From assembly GCA_014905635.1 (NCBI GenBank), contig CM026547.1, positions 3,968,001 to 4,032,000 on the forward strand: 64,000 nt of DNA, in the 5' to 3' direction. The stretch comes from Scenedesmus sp. PABB004 (lineage: Eukaryota). The notes beneath the pieces are model-generated. The model had not been told where the DNA came from and searched no databases. It saw only the letters and a program-made list of their open reading frames with translations. Positions 24,703 through 36,494 of the stretch are shown here, one piece after another (within the stretch, counting starts at the first letter, position 1; every line of letters starts with the position of its first letter). Made by a program: the position numbers and the translations under genes.

Positions 24703-27613
24703 TCAGTCGTTGCGCAGGAAGGGGTCCAGCGGCTTGCCCAGCGCGTACCTGCGCGCGGCGCGGCGGGGTCGGTGGTCGGCGGTCAGCAGCGCGGCCCGGC
24801 AGACCCCCGCCCCCCGCCCTTGGCGCGCCGCCGCCGCCGCGCACGCACACGATGAACCCGAGGCCGCGCAGCGCGGCGTGGTCGAGCAGGTTGCGGCCGT
24901 CAAAGACAAACGCGGGCTTGAGCATGCGCGCGTAGATGCGGGCAAAGTCGAGGCCCTTGAACTCGTCCCACTCGGTCAGCACGCACAGCGCGTGCGCGCC
25001 GTCGGCGGCCTCGTACGGGTCGGACACGACGCTCACGCTCGAGAGCCGGCTCGCCGACGCGTACGGCGCCTTGGGGTGGTCCCAGCTGAACCTGCGCGGC
25101 CGACCGGCACGGGCGCGCGGCGCGCGGCGCGCGCGGGCGCGCTCGGGCGCCGCGCTGCTGCCAGGGCGCGCTCCGCGGCAGCCCTCCCCGCGTGCGGCCG
25201 CTGTCCCCGCGCCCGCACGCGCGCCGAGCCCCCGCTGCCCGCTCACTTGGCGGCGGAGAGCTCGTAGTGCACGTGCGCGGCGTCGACCTTTGGGTCGTAG
25301 ATGTGCAGCTTGGCTCCGTCGGCGATGAGGCCGCGGCAGACGTCGATTGCGGGCGTCTCACGCGTGTCGCCCGTGTCCTTCTTGAAGGCAAAGCCCAGCA
25401 CCTGGCGGGGCGCCGCGCGGCGGCGGTCCAGGTGGGCGCGGGGCCGCGAGCAGCGCTCGGCTGCCGGGGAACCGGCGGGGCGGGCCATAGCCCCCGACGG
25501 AGCAGCCAGCCCCGCCCTGCCGAGCCAGCCCCTGCGCGCGCGCGCGTGCGCACCGCGATCTTCTTGTTTGAGACCGTGTTGAACATGCCGCCGATCACGC
25601 GCTCCACGAAGCGGCTCTTCTGGTAGTCGTTGATCTCGATGACCATGCGCCAGTAGTCGGCGACCTTCTGCAGGCCCTGCATCTCGCAGATGTACACCTG
25701 CGCGCCGCGCCGCGCGGCGCGGCGGCGGCAGGCGCGCGGCGGCGCGCGGAGTGAGCCACGCGCGTGTGGCGGCGGCGGCGCGGGCACGTGGGCGCGCGGG
25801 CGCGGCGCGGCGGGTGTCACCAGGTTGAGGATGTCCTTCTGGAAGCACGAGCCTCCAAAGCCAACGCTGGCGTTGAGGAACTTGGCGCCGATGCGGCTGT
25901 CCATGCCGATCGACTTGGCCACCTGCGCAGCGGCGACGCGCTGAGCGGGCGCCGGTGCCGCCAGTGCCGCCGCCGCGCGGCGGCCCGCCCGGCCGCGCGC
26001 GCGCCCGGCCGTGCCTGCGACACGTCGGCGCCCGTCTCCTCGCAGAGCGCGGAGATGGAGTTGATGCTGGAGATGCGCTGCGCGAGCATGGCGTTGGCGG
26101 TGAGCTTGGCCAGCTCCGCGCTCCACAGGTTGGTGGTCAGGATGCGCTCGCGCGGCACCCTGGCGGCCGCGCGTGTGGGCGGGCGGGCTGAGCGCCGCCG
26201 CCGCAGGCGCCCGCGCGTGGGCGGGGCGCTGCGCCCCGCGCTGCGTGTGGTCGGGCGCGCACCAGTGCGCGTAGACGTCACAGAGCGCGTTGACCGCGCG
26301 CTGCCCGTCCTCGTCCTCCTTGCCGCCGATGAGCACCTGCGGCGCCGCGCCGCGGCGGGCGGGCGGGGCGCGAGGCAGCGTCGATGCGTGGCGCTGCTGC
26401 TGCACGCCGCCGCCGCCGCTGCCGCGCCGCGCCCAGCCTCGCCGGCCGCCTCGTCCTCCTCCCCCGCGCTGCGGGCGCCGGCACCCACCCTGTCCGGCGC
26501 CTGCAGGTCCTCCACGGCGGTGCCCTCGGCCAGGAACTCCGGGTTTGAGAGGATCTCAAAGTGCACGCTGGAGTCGCTGTTGGTGCGCAGCACCTGCGCG
26601 GCGCGGCGGCGCGCGCAGGCGTCGGCGGGGGCGCCCCCGGGGCGCGCCGCGCGGCGCCGCGCCTGCGTGCGCGCGGGCGCCGCCCCGTCGCGCGGCGCGG
26701 CGCCGCGCCTTGGCGATGGCCTCGGCCGTCTTGACCGGCACGGTCGACTTCTCGACCACAATCTTGAACGCGGGGCCCTTGCAGCAGCTCGCGATCACGC
26801 GCGCCGCGCTCTCCCAGTAGCTCAGGTCGGCCGCCTTGCCCGCGCCGATGCCAGAGGTCTTGGTCGGCGTGTTGACAGACACAAAGATGATGTCGGCTGT
26901 GCGGCGCGCGGCGCAAGGGGCGCGCGGGCTGGGCCCCCGCGGCGGGGCGGCCGCACGGGCGGCTGCACGGCACCCGCTCCGCGGCGGCGCGCTGGCCGGC
27001 TGTGTGCGCCCCGCGCGCGCGCGCGGGCGGTCCCCCGGCGGGCGGGGGCGGCGTGCGCACCCTCCGACACGTGCTTGACCACGTCTGTGCTGAAGAACAG
27101 GTTGCGCCCGCGCGCCTGCTGCACCACCTCGTCCAGCCCCGGCTCGTAGATGGGCAGGGCGGCGCTGTTCCAGGCGGCGATGCGGTCTGCGCGGCGGCGG
27201 CGCCGCGTGGGCGGCGGCCAGGGGCGGCGCGGGCGAGGCGCGGCGGAGGCGCGGCACCCCGCACCCCGCGCGGCGCGCCGGCGCACCTTCGTTGATGTCC
27301 AGCACCACCACCTCGATCTCGGGGCACTTCAGGGCGATCATGGCCATCGTCGGCTGCGGTCCGGCGGCGCGCGGGCCGGCGGCGCAGCAGCGGTTGGCGG
27401 CCGGGCGCGGCGGGCGCGCGCCGCGCCGCCGGGGCGCTGTCGCTGCTGGGCCGGGCGCCGGAGACTGATTGTGAGTCCCCGAGTCGCCCCGGGGGCCCAG
27501 CGGGGTCGCTGCGCTGCCCCGTGCGCGACAGGCCGGGGGTTGCCGCCAGCAGCGGGCAACTGCCTGCTCACCCCGCCCACGTAGCCCGCGCCGATGCACG
27601 CTATCTTGACCAT
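24703..27613 (-). CDS. UGD: UDP-glucose 6-dehydrogenase (12 exons)
   Basis: [113 protein letters not shown]. Confidence 0.97.
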
Positions 27614-27883
27614 GGCTGCGTCTAGCCCCCGCGGCCGCTGCGACGCTGATTGCCCGACCGCGCAGCAGGCCGGCGCTGCTTCGCGGGCACGGGCGAGGGC
27701 GTCGCGGGCGCGAGGCAGGCCCGGCGGCGGGGAAAGAACGAGCTACGTGTGGAGAGCTGCTGGCCGGGGCGGCGAGGCTGGGGCCCTGCGCGCGCTGCGA
27801 GGCGGCGCCAGGGCGCAGCGGCCTTGTGCCCTCCCGCGCTTCGGCCGCGAGCAGTTGTCCAGCAGTTGCCCAGCTGCCCGCCG

Positions 27884-30437
27884 TCAGCCCGTCAGCGCGA
27901 GCACGTCGCCCGCGTCAGCCAACGGCAGCGGCAGCGGCAGCACCGGCTGCGCCGCCGCCCACGCCTCGGCCTGCAAGCAGCGCGCGCGGTCGAGGCACGC
28001 CCAGACGTCCGCGCCGGCGCCGCGGCCGCCCTGGAAGAGGCGCAGCACGTCGTCGCCCTCGTAGCAGTGGTCCAGCACGGCGCGGCGCTGCCCCACGATC
28101 ACGGCGGCCACAAAGCAGGTGAAGAGGTCGGGCGGCGCGGCCGGCGCGGCCGGCAGCGCGCCGCGCGGGCTCGCGCCGCCGCCCGGGCCGCCGCCGCCGC
28201 CGCTGCCGCTGCCGTTACTGCTGCTGCTGTCGGCGACGAGCTGCATCGCCCCCAGCTCCTGCTTGCTGCCGTGCGCGGCGCCGCCGAGGCCGCCGACCGT
28301 GCCCCCGCCGCCGGGCGCCGCCGGCGCCGCCGCGAGCCGGCGCCGCCGCCAGGCGTCCGCCCACAGCACCTCCCACAGCGCCATCAGCTGCGCGGACGCG
28401 GCGGCGCGGCGCGCGGCGCGAGGGTGGCGCGCCGCGCACGGCCGCGGCGGCGCCGTGCGGGGCTGCCCCGGCCGGCGCGGCGCGGCGCGCTGGTGGTGCC
28501 CCACTCTCACCTTTGCCATGGGCAGGTCGCGGCGCATCATGACCACGACCATGCGGTACGCAAAGTGGCACTCCGCCGCGCCCAGCTGGTGCAGGCGGAA
28601 CATGAGCGGCCGGTCGGTTGCCTCCAGCACCTGCGCGCACGCACGCACACACACCCGCGGCCGCGGCGGCGCCGGCGGCGGCGCCGGCGGCGGCGGCGGC
28701 ATGAGGGCGTGAGGGTGTGAGGGTGTGACCGTGCGCGTGCGCCGCGCGGCCGCCGGCGCCGCCGCCGCCCCGCGTGCGCGCGCGCGTGCCTGCCCAAGCG
28801 CGCGCAGCTGGCCGAAGATGCCGCTCTCGTCGACAGCAAAGTTGGCGCGCGCGCCGTGGCGCTGCATGAGGCCGACAAAGCACCAGAACGCGAGCGCGTC
28901 GTCCTCCAGCAGCAGCACAAACGGCAGCAGCAGGTCAGACATGCTGCGGCGCGCCGCCGGCGCGCGCGGGCAGGCGGGCGGGCGGCGTGAGCGCCCCTGC
29001 CCCCGCCCCGCCCCGGCGGCGGCGCCGCGGTCGGCGCGGCCGCCGCCGCGGCCGCTCGCCGCTCCCGCCGCACGGCGCGCCGCCGCGCCGCACCCCTGGC
29101 AGTAGCCCGTGTCGGGGTCGTGCAGGGCATAGGCCGAGAGCATCGCCATCATGCGCGCGCTCTGGCGCTTGGCCTCGGCGCCCATGTGCGCGCAGCTGTC
29201 GAGCACCGCGGCGCCCGCCTCGGACACCCACAGCGCCTGCGCGTGGCCCCACGCCGCCGCCTGGCCGCCGAGCAGGTTGCCCAGCCAGTACTGCTGCAGG
29301 CTGCTCAGGCCCTGGCTGAGCCCCGTGCTGACCATGCTGGCCACCGCTGCCACGCCGCCGCCGCCGGCGCCGCCGCCGGGGCCGCCATCGAGGCTGCAGC
29401 GCCGGCTGCTGTCGGCGCTGGGGCGGGCGCTGCTGTCGGCGCTGCAGCCGCTGCCGCCGCCGCCGCCGGGGTCGAACAGCGACGCCACGGCGGCCGCGTG
29501 CTTTGCAAAGTCGGTGCGCACGGCGTCGATGACGATGACGCGGTGCGCCTCGCCAAACTGGCGCACCTGCTCCGGCAACTGCGCCTGCGGCAGCGGCGCC
29601 TGCTGCGCCGCCTGCTGCTGCTGCTGGCCGGCGCCGCCGCCCGACGCCGCCGGGCTGCTGCCGCCGGCCGCCGCCGGCGACGCCGGGCGCAGCGACTCCT
29701 TGAGCGCCGCCTCGTACGCCTGCGGCCGCGGCGGGCCCGCGGAGCAGCGCGCTCACGCGCGGGCGAGCGCCCGCCGGCCCGCGCGAGGCGGTCTGCGGCG
29801 CGGCGCGGCGCCCGCCGCCGCACCTGGCACTGCAGCAGGAGCTGCTGGTACTGTCGCACCATGACCTGGTGCTGCGCCTGGCGCTGCGCGTAGGTCGAGG
29901 CGGTGTCAAACACCTCAAGCAGGAAGGGCCACACGTCGGGCCGGATGCCTGCCTCGAGGCCCTGCGCGGCCGCCGGCGCGCGCACGTCTCAGTGGCGTCC
30001 GTGGCGGCGGCGCGGGCCGGCCGCCGCTGCCGCGGAGCTGCGCCGCCCGGCTGTCGTGCGCGCGCACGCGCGTGCGCGCGCGGCGCGGCGCGGCGTGGCA
30101 TGGCCAGCGCCGGCGCGGCGCGCACCCGGGCCGCCACCTCGTCGACGACGCCCTCAAAGCCAGCGATCGTGCCGACCTCGTCCAGCGCCGCCGCCCACTC
30201 CAGGCGCGAGTAGGGAGGCCTGCGCACGCGGGGGCGGCAGGGGCGAGCGGGCGCAGCTCGGGCGCGGCGCGCGCCAGCGCAGCAGCGGCGGTCGACGCCG
30301 CGTGCGCACCGCCGGCGCCGCTGCGACACCGCGTACGCCACTGCCGCCGCGGCCACCATCGCGGCAGCGCCCAGGGCTCCCAGCGAGAGCGCGTAAGTCC
30401 CGCCCTGCGCCCGCGTCGAGCGCAGGGCGCTGGGCAT
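27884..30437 (-). CDS. TBC-domain Rab GTPase-activating protein
   Basis: [15 protein letters not shown]; Arg finger IVIDAVRTD; Gln finger [51 protein letters not shown]. Confidence 0.92.
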
Positions 30438-30769
30438 GGCGCCACAACACCGTCCCTGGTGCTAGGCCATGCCGGCGCGCTGCGCAGCCAGACGGGCCGC
30501 GTAAGTGCGCGGGACGCGAGTGCGGTGCTTCTGGGGGTGGGCAGCAGCAGCTGCGTGGCACGGCCGGGCGGCAGCGGCGGCGAGAGCGCGTCTGCTGTCG
30601 CCGTGTGTGTGTGCGGCGCGTGCGGCGTGCTGGCGGCGAGGGGCAGGTGTGACTGGCTGCCTGGTCGGGCGAGCAGCAGCGCACGCCGCTCCGCTCCGGA
30701 CTCCGGCGAGGTTCAGGTCACGGGACCCGCACCCCGCTCTCACCCGACCCTCACTCCGCGCCGGCGCGC

Positions 30770-33700
30770 TCACTCGGCGGCGGCCGCGCGCTTGGCGGCG
30801 AGGCGGCGCTGCCCGGCGTCGAGGACCTGCTTGCGCAGGCGCACGACGGCGGGCGTGACCTCGATGAGCTCGTCCGGCGCGACGTAGCCGATCGCCTCTT
30901 CGAGCGTCATCGCCCGCGGCGGCGGCAGCGTGGTCTTCTCGTCCGCCTGCACGCTGCGCACGTTGGTCAGGTGCTTCTCGCGCGCTGTGGCACAAGCGCG
31001 GCGGGCGCAGTGGGCGCGGCGGACAACGGGCGGGCGGGCGCGGCACGCGGGCGTCAGCGCGCGGCCGGGCCGCGCTCCGCCGCCCCGCCCCAGCGCCCGC
31101 CCGCGGCCACCGCCGCTGCTATGAAGCGGCCGGCGCTCGCCCCGGGCGCCCACCGGGGTTGACGTCCATGTCTGGGTCGCGGTTGTGCTCGCCGATGACC
31201 ATGCCGGCGTAGACGTCGTCGCCCGGCGACACAAAGAACGACCCGCGCGGCAGCAGGTCAAACAGCGCGTACGCCGTCGCGCGGCCGTCGGCCATCGACA
31301 CGAGTACGCCCTTGCGGCTGCCGGCGAGCGCGCCGCGGTAGGGGCCGTACCTGCGGCGTGGCGCGATGGCGGCGTGGCGCGGCGGCGGCTTGGCGGTGTG
31401 GCGGCGCGGCCTGGCTGTGCGGCGGCTGCGCGCGGCGCGGTGCTGTCTAGGGGCGGCGCGCACCGCGAGAAGGCGCGCTGCATGAGGCCCTCGCCGCGCG
31501 TGATGCCGGCGAAGAGCATCTTGAAGCCGAGCATGCCCCGCGCCGGCACCTCAAACACCAGCCGCTGCCGCTCGCCGCCGCCGCCGCCGCCGCCGCTGCC
31601 GCTGCCGCTGCCGCTGCCGCTGCCGCTGCCGCTGCCGCCGCCGCCGCCGCTCGCGTCCGCGGCGTCCGCGGCGCCTGCGGGAGTCGCTGCCGACGCCCCG
31701 AAGCCGTGCTCAACGGGCGCGACCTCCAGCAGGTCGCCCTTGCGCGCGGTGAGCGCCTCGATCACCGCGCCCACCTGCGCGCCGCCCACCTCCAGGACCA
31801 CCTCCTCCAGCGGCTCGAGGCGAGCCCCGCCCTCCTCCCTGCGGAGCCGGGGCCGCCGCGCGGTCGGCGCCAGGCGGCGCGCGCGCGCGTGCACGCGCTG
31901 GCCGCGGCGGGCGGGCTCGGCCCTCCTCCAGGCGCGCCCACCTGAACAGGACCTGCGGCGGCGAGACCGCGAGCTCCATGCCCTCGCGGCGCAGGCCCTC
32001 AATCACCACAGCGAGCTGCATCTCCCCCCGCGCCTGCACCTCGTACCGCTCCGTAGCGCCTAGGCGCGGCGCGCGCGGCGCCGCGGCGGCCGGGGCAGGC
32101 GCGTCGGCGCAGCGACGGCGGCGGCGGCGGCGCGCGGGCATGCGGGCGCGCGTCGCCGCGACCCGCCGGCAAGCCGCGCGCCGCGCGTGCGCGCGCACCG
32201 GGCAGCGGCTTGACGCGCAGCGACACGCTCGCCTCGGCCTCCTGCGCGAGGCGCTGCCCGATCGTGCGGCCCGTGACCGCCTTGCCCGCGCGGCCGGCCA
32301 GGGGCGAGTCATTTGCTGAGAAGACCATGCTGCGGGGCGGCACGCGGGCAGCAGCGCAGGCGGCAGTGCAGGCAGCTTGGCTCTAAAAGACCACGTCCAA
32401 GGCCTGGCGGCTGCGCTGAGCAGCAGCGCCCAGGCCCCCGTGTGCGCACGCAGCAGTGTGCGGGCCGCCACCCCACCTGAGCGTGGGCGGGTCGATGGGC
32501 CCCGGGTCGAGCGCCGCGCACACGGCCGGCGCGGCGACGGTGTCGGCGATGCCCGCGGCGTCGCCGGGGCCGGCGATCGACACGACGTCGCCCGCGACCG
32601 CCGCGCCGAGCTGCACCTTGCCCAGGCCGACGCGCTTCTCAATGCGCGTGATCTTCAGCCCCTCCACCACGGCGCCGCCCTCGTGCTGCAGCACCTTGAC
32701 CCGGTCGCCCACGCGCACGCTGCCCGACGCGACGCGGCCTGCGGCACGGCGCGCGGCCCCAGCGGCGTCGCGCGGCGCGGCCGGGACCCCGGCGCGGGGC
32801 GCGCGCGCCCGCGGCGGGCGGGCCGGCGGGAGGGGGAGGCGCGGCGCGGGCGCACCCGTCGCGACGCGGCCGACGAACGGGTCGCGCTCAATCATGGCAA
32901 CGCACAACGCAAACGGTGCGTCCAGCGACACGCGCGGCGGCGGCACGTGGCGTAGCAGCACGTCCAGCAGCGGCGCCATGCCCTCCGGCGCGGGCCCGCC
33001 CGGCGGCGGCAGCGTGAGGCTGGCCCAGCCCTGCGGCGGTGCGGCGCGGCGGGCCGTGCTCGCCGCGCGCGCTCGCGCGCGCGCGGTGCGTGCGCCCGCT
33101 GCCGGCGGGCCTCCTGCGGTGCGCGCACCTGCTTCGCCGACGAGTAGAGGATTGGAAAGTCCAACTGCGCGTCGTCGGCGCCGAGGCTGGCAAAGAGGTC
33201 AAACAGCTGGCTCGCGACCGCGTCGCAGCGCGCCTGGCTCGCGGCGGGGCGGTCCACCTGCGGCGGCGGCGCCGGCGGCGGCGAGGGTCAGCGCTCGCGC
33301 GCCGGCCCGTCCGAGGCTGGCGCGCGGGGCGCTTGTTTGCTCGCGCCGGCCCGCGCGCCGCGCGGCGGGGCGGCCCAAGCCCCACAGACCTTGTTCAGCA
33401 CGACGACGGGGCGCAGGCCGCGGGAGAGCGCCTTGGCGAGCACAAACTTGGTCTGCGCAAGCGGCCCCTCCACCGCGTCGACCAGCAGCACCGCGCCGTC
33501 GACCATGCCCAGGATGCTGCACGGGCGCGCGGCACGGCGGGCGGGCAGCGGGCGCGGCACGGCCGTGTGCGTGTGTGCGGCGCGGCGCCGCGATTCGCGC
33601 GCCGCGCTGCGCGCCGCGCACCGCTCGACCTCGCCGCCAAAGTCGGCGTGGCCGGGCGTGTCGACGGCGTTGAACAGGTGGCCGGCGTGCACAAAGCTGG

Positions 33701-34201
33701 TGTACTTTGAGAGGATGGTGATGCCGCGCTCGCGCTCGAGGCTGCCGCTGTCGAGCGCGCGGTCGTGCGTGAGCGCCGTGCCGCACTGCGACAGCAGCCG
33801 GTCCATGAGCGTGGTCTTGCCGTGGTCGATGTGCGCTGCGGCGGGAGCGGCGCGGCGCGGGTCGCGGGCGCGGCGCGGTGCGCCCCCGGAGGGAGGGACG
33901 GGGCCGTGTGCGGCGGGCGCCCAGGCGGCGGGCGCCCGCGCGGCGGCGGGGGGCGGCGCTCACCGATGATGGCAAAGTCACGTATACGGCTGGGGTCGGT
34001 GACCTCGGCAAAGCCCGCCGCGCCGCCGCCGGCGGCGCCGCTCAGCCAGCGCGCCGGCCAGGCGCTGGCGGGGACGCTGGCGGTGCCGGCGCCCGGCGGC
34101 AGGCTGCCGCCGCCGGGCCGCGCGCTCCAGGCGGCGCGCTCTGCCCAGGCCGGCCCCGCGCGCCAGGCGCGGGCCGCCGCGGCCAGCAGCGGCCGCGCCA
34201 T
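30770..34201 (-). CDS. typA: TypA/BipA ribosome-associated GTPase, organelle-targeted (11 exons)
   Basis: Arg/Ala-rich presequence; [110 protein letters not shown]. Confidence 0.95.
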
Positions 34202-34865
34202 CGTGGCAGCGGCAGCAGTGCGGCCGCCGATCAGCACGCCGGCGCCATGCGCGCGGTCGTGCGGCCTGCGGGAAGGCTGGAGGGGCTGAAGCGACCAGCC
34301 GATTCGACGTGCGACGACGTGCGCCGCCGCACCGCGCGGGAGGCGGCGGCAGCGCCGGTCGGCGCGCGCTGCGGCGACGGCGCAGGTGGCAGCAGCGTTG
34401 CTGGGCGGGGAGAGTGCCACGTGTCTCCCGGGCGGCGTGGCGGTCTGGCACGGAGTGCGGCGCAGCCGGCGGCGCAGACGAGCGGCTGGCCAGGCGCGGC
34501 GGCGGCGTGGCGCGGCGGTTGTGTGTGGAGCAGAGCTCGCACGCCCTGGGCCGCTCGCCCTGCAGACGACGGTGCCCGTGGGAGCTCGTGGGCCACCGCA
34601 CCGCGCAGCGAGACCGGCGAGGCCCGCGCAGCAGCTGCTGCCCGCCTGAGCGCGTTCCGAACGGCGCGCGATCACTCAGGCACCTGGGCGCAGCGAGTCA
34701 CACCGCACAGCGAGCGCCGCGCGAGCGGGTGGCGCGGGAGCGCGCGGGTGGCGCGAGAGCTCGGGCAACCACCTCCTTGGGTGGACTGGCTCCCCGGGGC
34801 GGGGCGGGCGCACGGCTGATGCGGCGCTAGGGAGCGGGCCCGCCCAGCGGGGCGCGCCGGGCGCC

Positions 34866-36459
34866 ATGGAGGCGGCGGCGGGCCACGGCGCCGACAACAG
34901 CAGCGCCGCCGCCGCGCCCGCGCCCGACGCCCTCCTCGGCCTCCTCGCCGCCAACGACACGCACGCGGCCTACCTCTCCATCACCGACAACCAGGTCACA
35001 GACTCCCAGCTCACCACCTCGTGCGTCGCGGAGCCGGCGAGGGGGCGCGCGCCGCGGCGGCGCGGCGGGCGCGCGCTCGTTCAACAACCCTGCGCCACGC
35101 GCGCGCCCGCGCAGGCTGTGGCTCAATGTGCTGCTGGGCAGCATCTGCTTCGTGGCGTTCTGCATCCTGCAGCGCTCGGTGTTCCCGCGGCACTACCGCT
35201 ACCGCCTGGTGCGGCGGCTGCGGCGAGGCGGTTGCAGGAGCAGCCGCTGGCGCTGGCGCTGGCGGCGCGGCCGCTAGCAGCGCTGCGCGCTCTGCTGGGG
35301 CCGCGGCAGCTAGCACGGGCAGCGCTGGGTGCGGCTGAGTGGGGCACGCTGACGCCCCGCGCCGCGGCGCCGCCCTCGCAGCACTCTGCCTCTGTCACGG
35401 TCAAGCCGCGGCAGCTGGCTGAGAAGGGCCTCGTGTCGCTATGGTGCGGCCGAGGCGGCTGGCACAAGCAGGCAGCAGGCAGCGCTGGCGCGCGGCGCCC
35501 CGCAGCGGGCAGCCTGTGGGCTGGGGCCGGGCAGCGGGCAGCCGGGCGGCCGCCATCGGCGGTGCATCCCCGCGCACACACGCACGCACGCACGCCGCCG
35601 CAGGGACTGGCTGCGCAAGGCGCTGTTCACCACGGAGGCGGAGCTGCTGCGCGGCGTGGGGCTGGACGCCATGGTGCGCGCGGCGTGCCGCGCAGCCCGC
35701 CGCGCCAGCGGCCGTGCCGGCGGCCCCGCTCGAGCGCGCGCCGCGCACCGTGTGCTGCCCAGGTGATGATCAAGGCGCTGAGCATGGGCGTCATCATCTT
35801 CGCGCCCCTCGCGCTCATCGGCTGTGCCGTGCGTGAGTGCCGGCGCGGCGCGGCGGCGGCCCGCCCGCGCCGCGCCGCGCCCGCCTGCTGTCCGTCGCCA
35901 GCACCGGCCGACCGCGCCGCCCGCGTGCCGCCGCGCCGCCGCCGCAGTGCTGCCCATTCACTACCAGCACCGCTCGCTCGAGAACCATGACATCAACCGC
36001 AGCCAGCTCATGCAGCTGACGATCGCGGCGCTGCCGCGCGGCTCCAGCCTGATGTGGTGCGCTGGCGCGCCGCGGCGCGCCGCGGCCGCGACCCGGGCGC
36101 CGCCGGCCCACGCCGCCGCGCGTCGCCGCGCCGCCCGCCAGGGTTCACTTTGTGCTGATTGTGCTGTACAACTGCTGGGTCATGTTCATTCTGTACATCC
36201 GCTACCGCGAGTTTGTGACCGTGCGGCAGCACTACCTCGTGCGCGGTGCGGCGCGGCAGCGCCGGCTGCAGCGACAGCGGCTGCGGCGGCAGCGGCTGCG
36301 GGCGCTCACGCTCACGCCTCGCCGCGCGCCCGCAGGCGATGACCCCAACTACTGGATGGCGCTGACGCAGCAGGCCAACGCCGAGTACGTGGCCAAGAAG
36401 GTGCGCCGCATGCTCGCGGAGATTGAGACGACCGTCTCCAAGAACCAGGTGCGGCGGAC

Positions 36460-36494
<35 letters not shown>

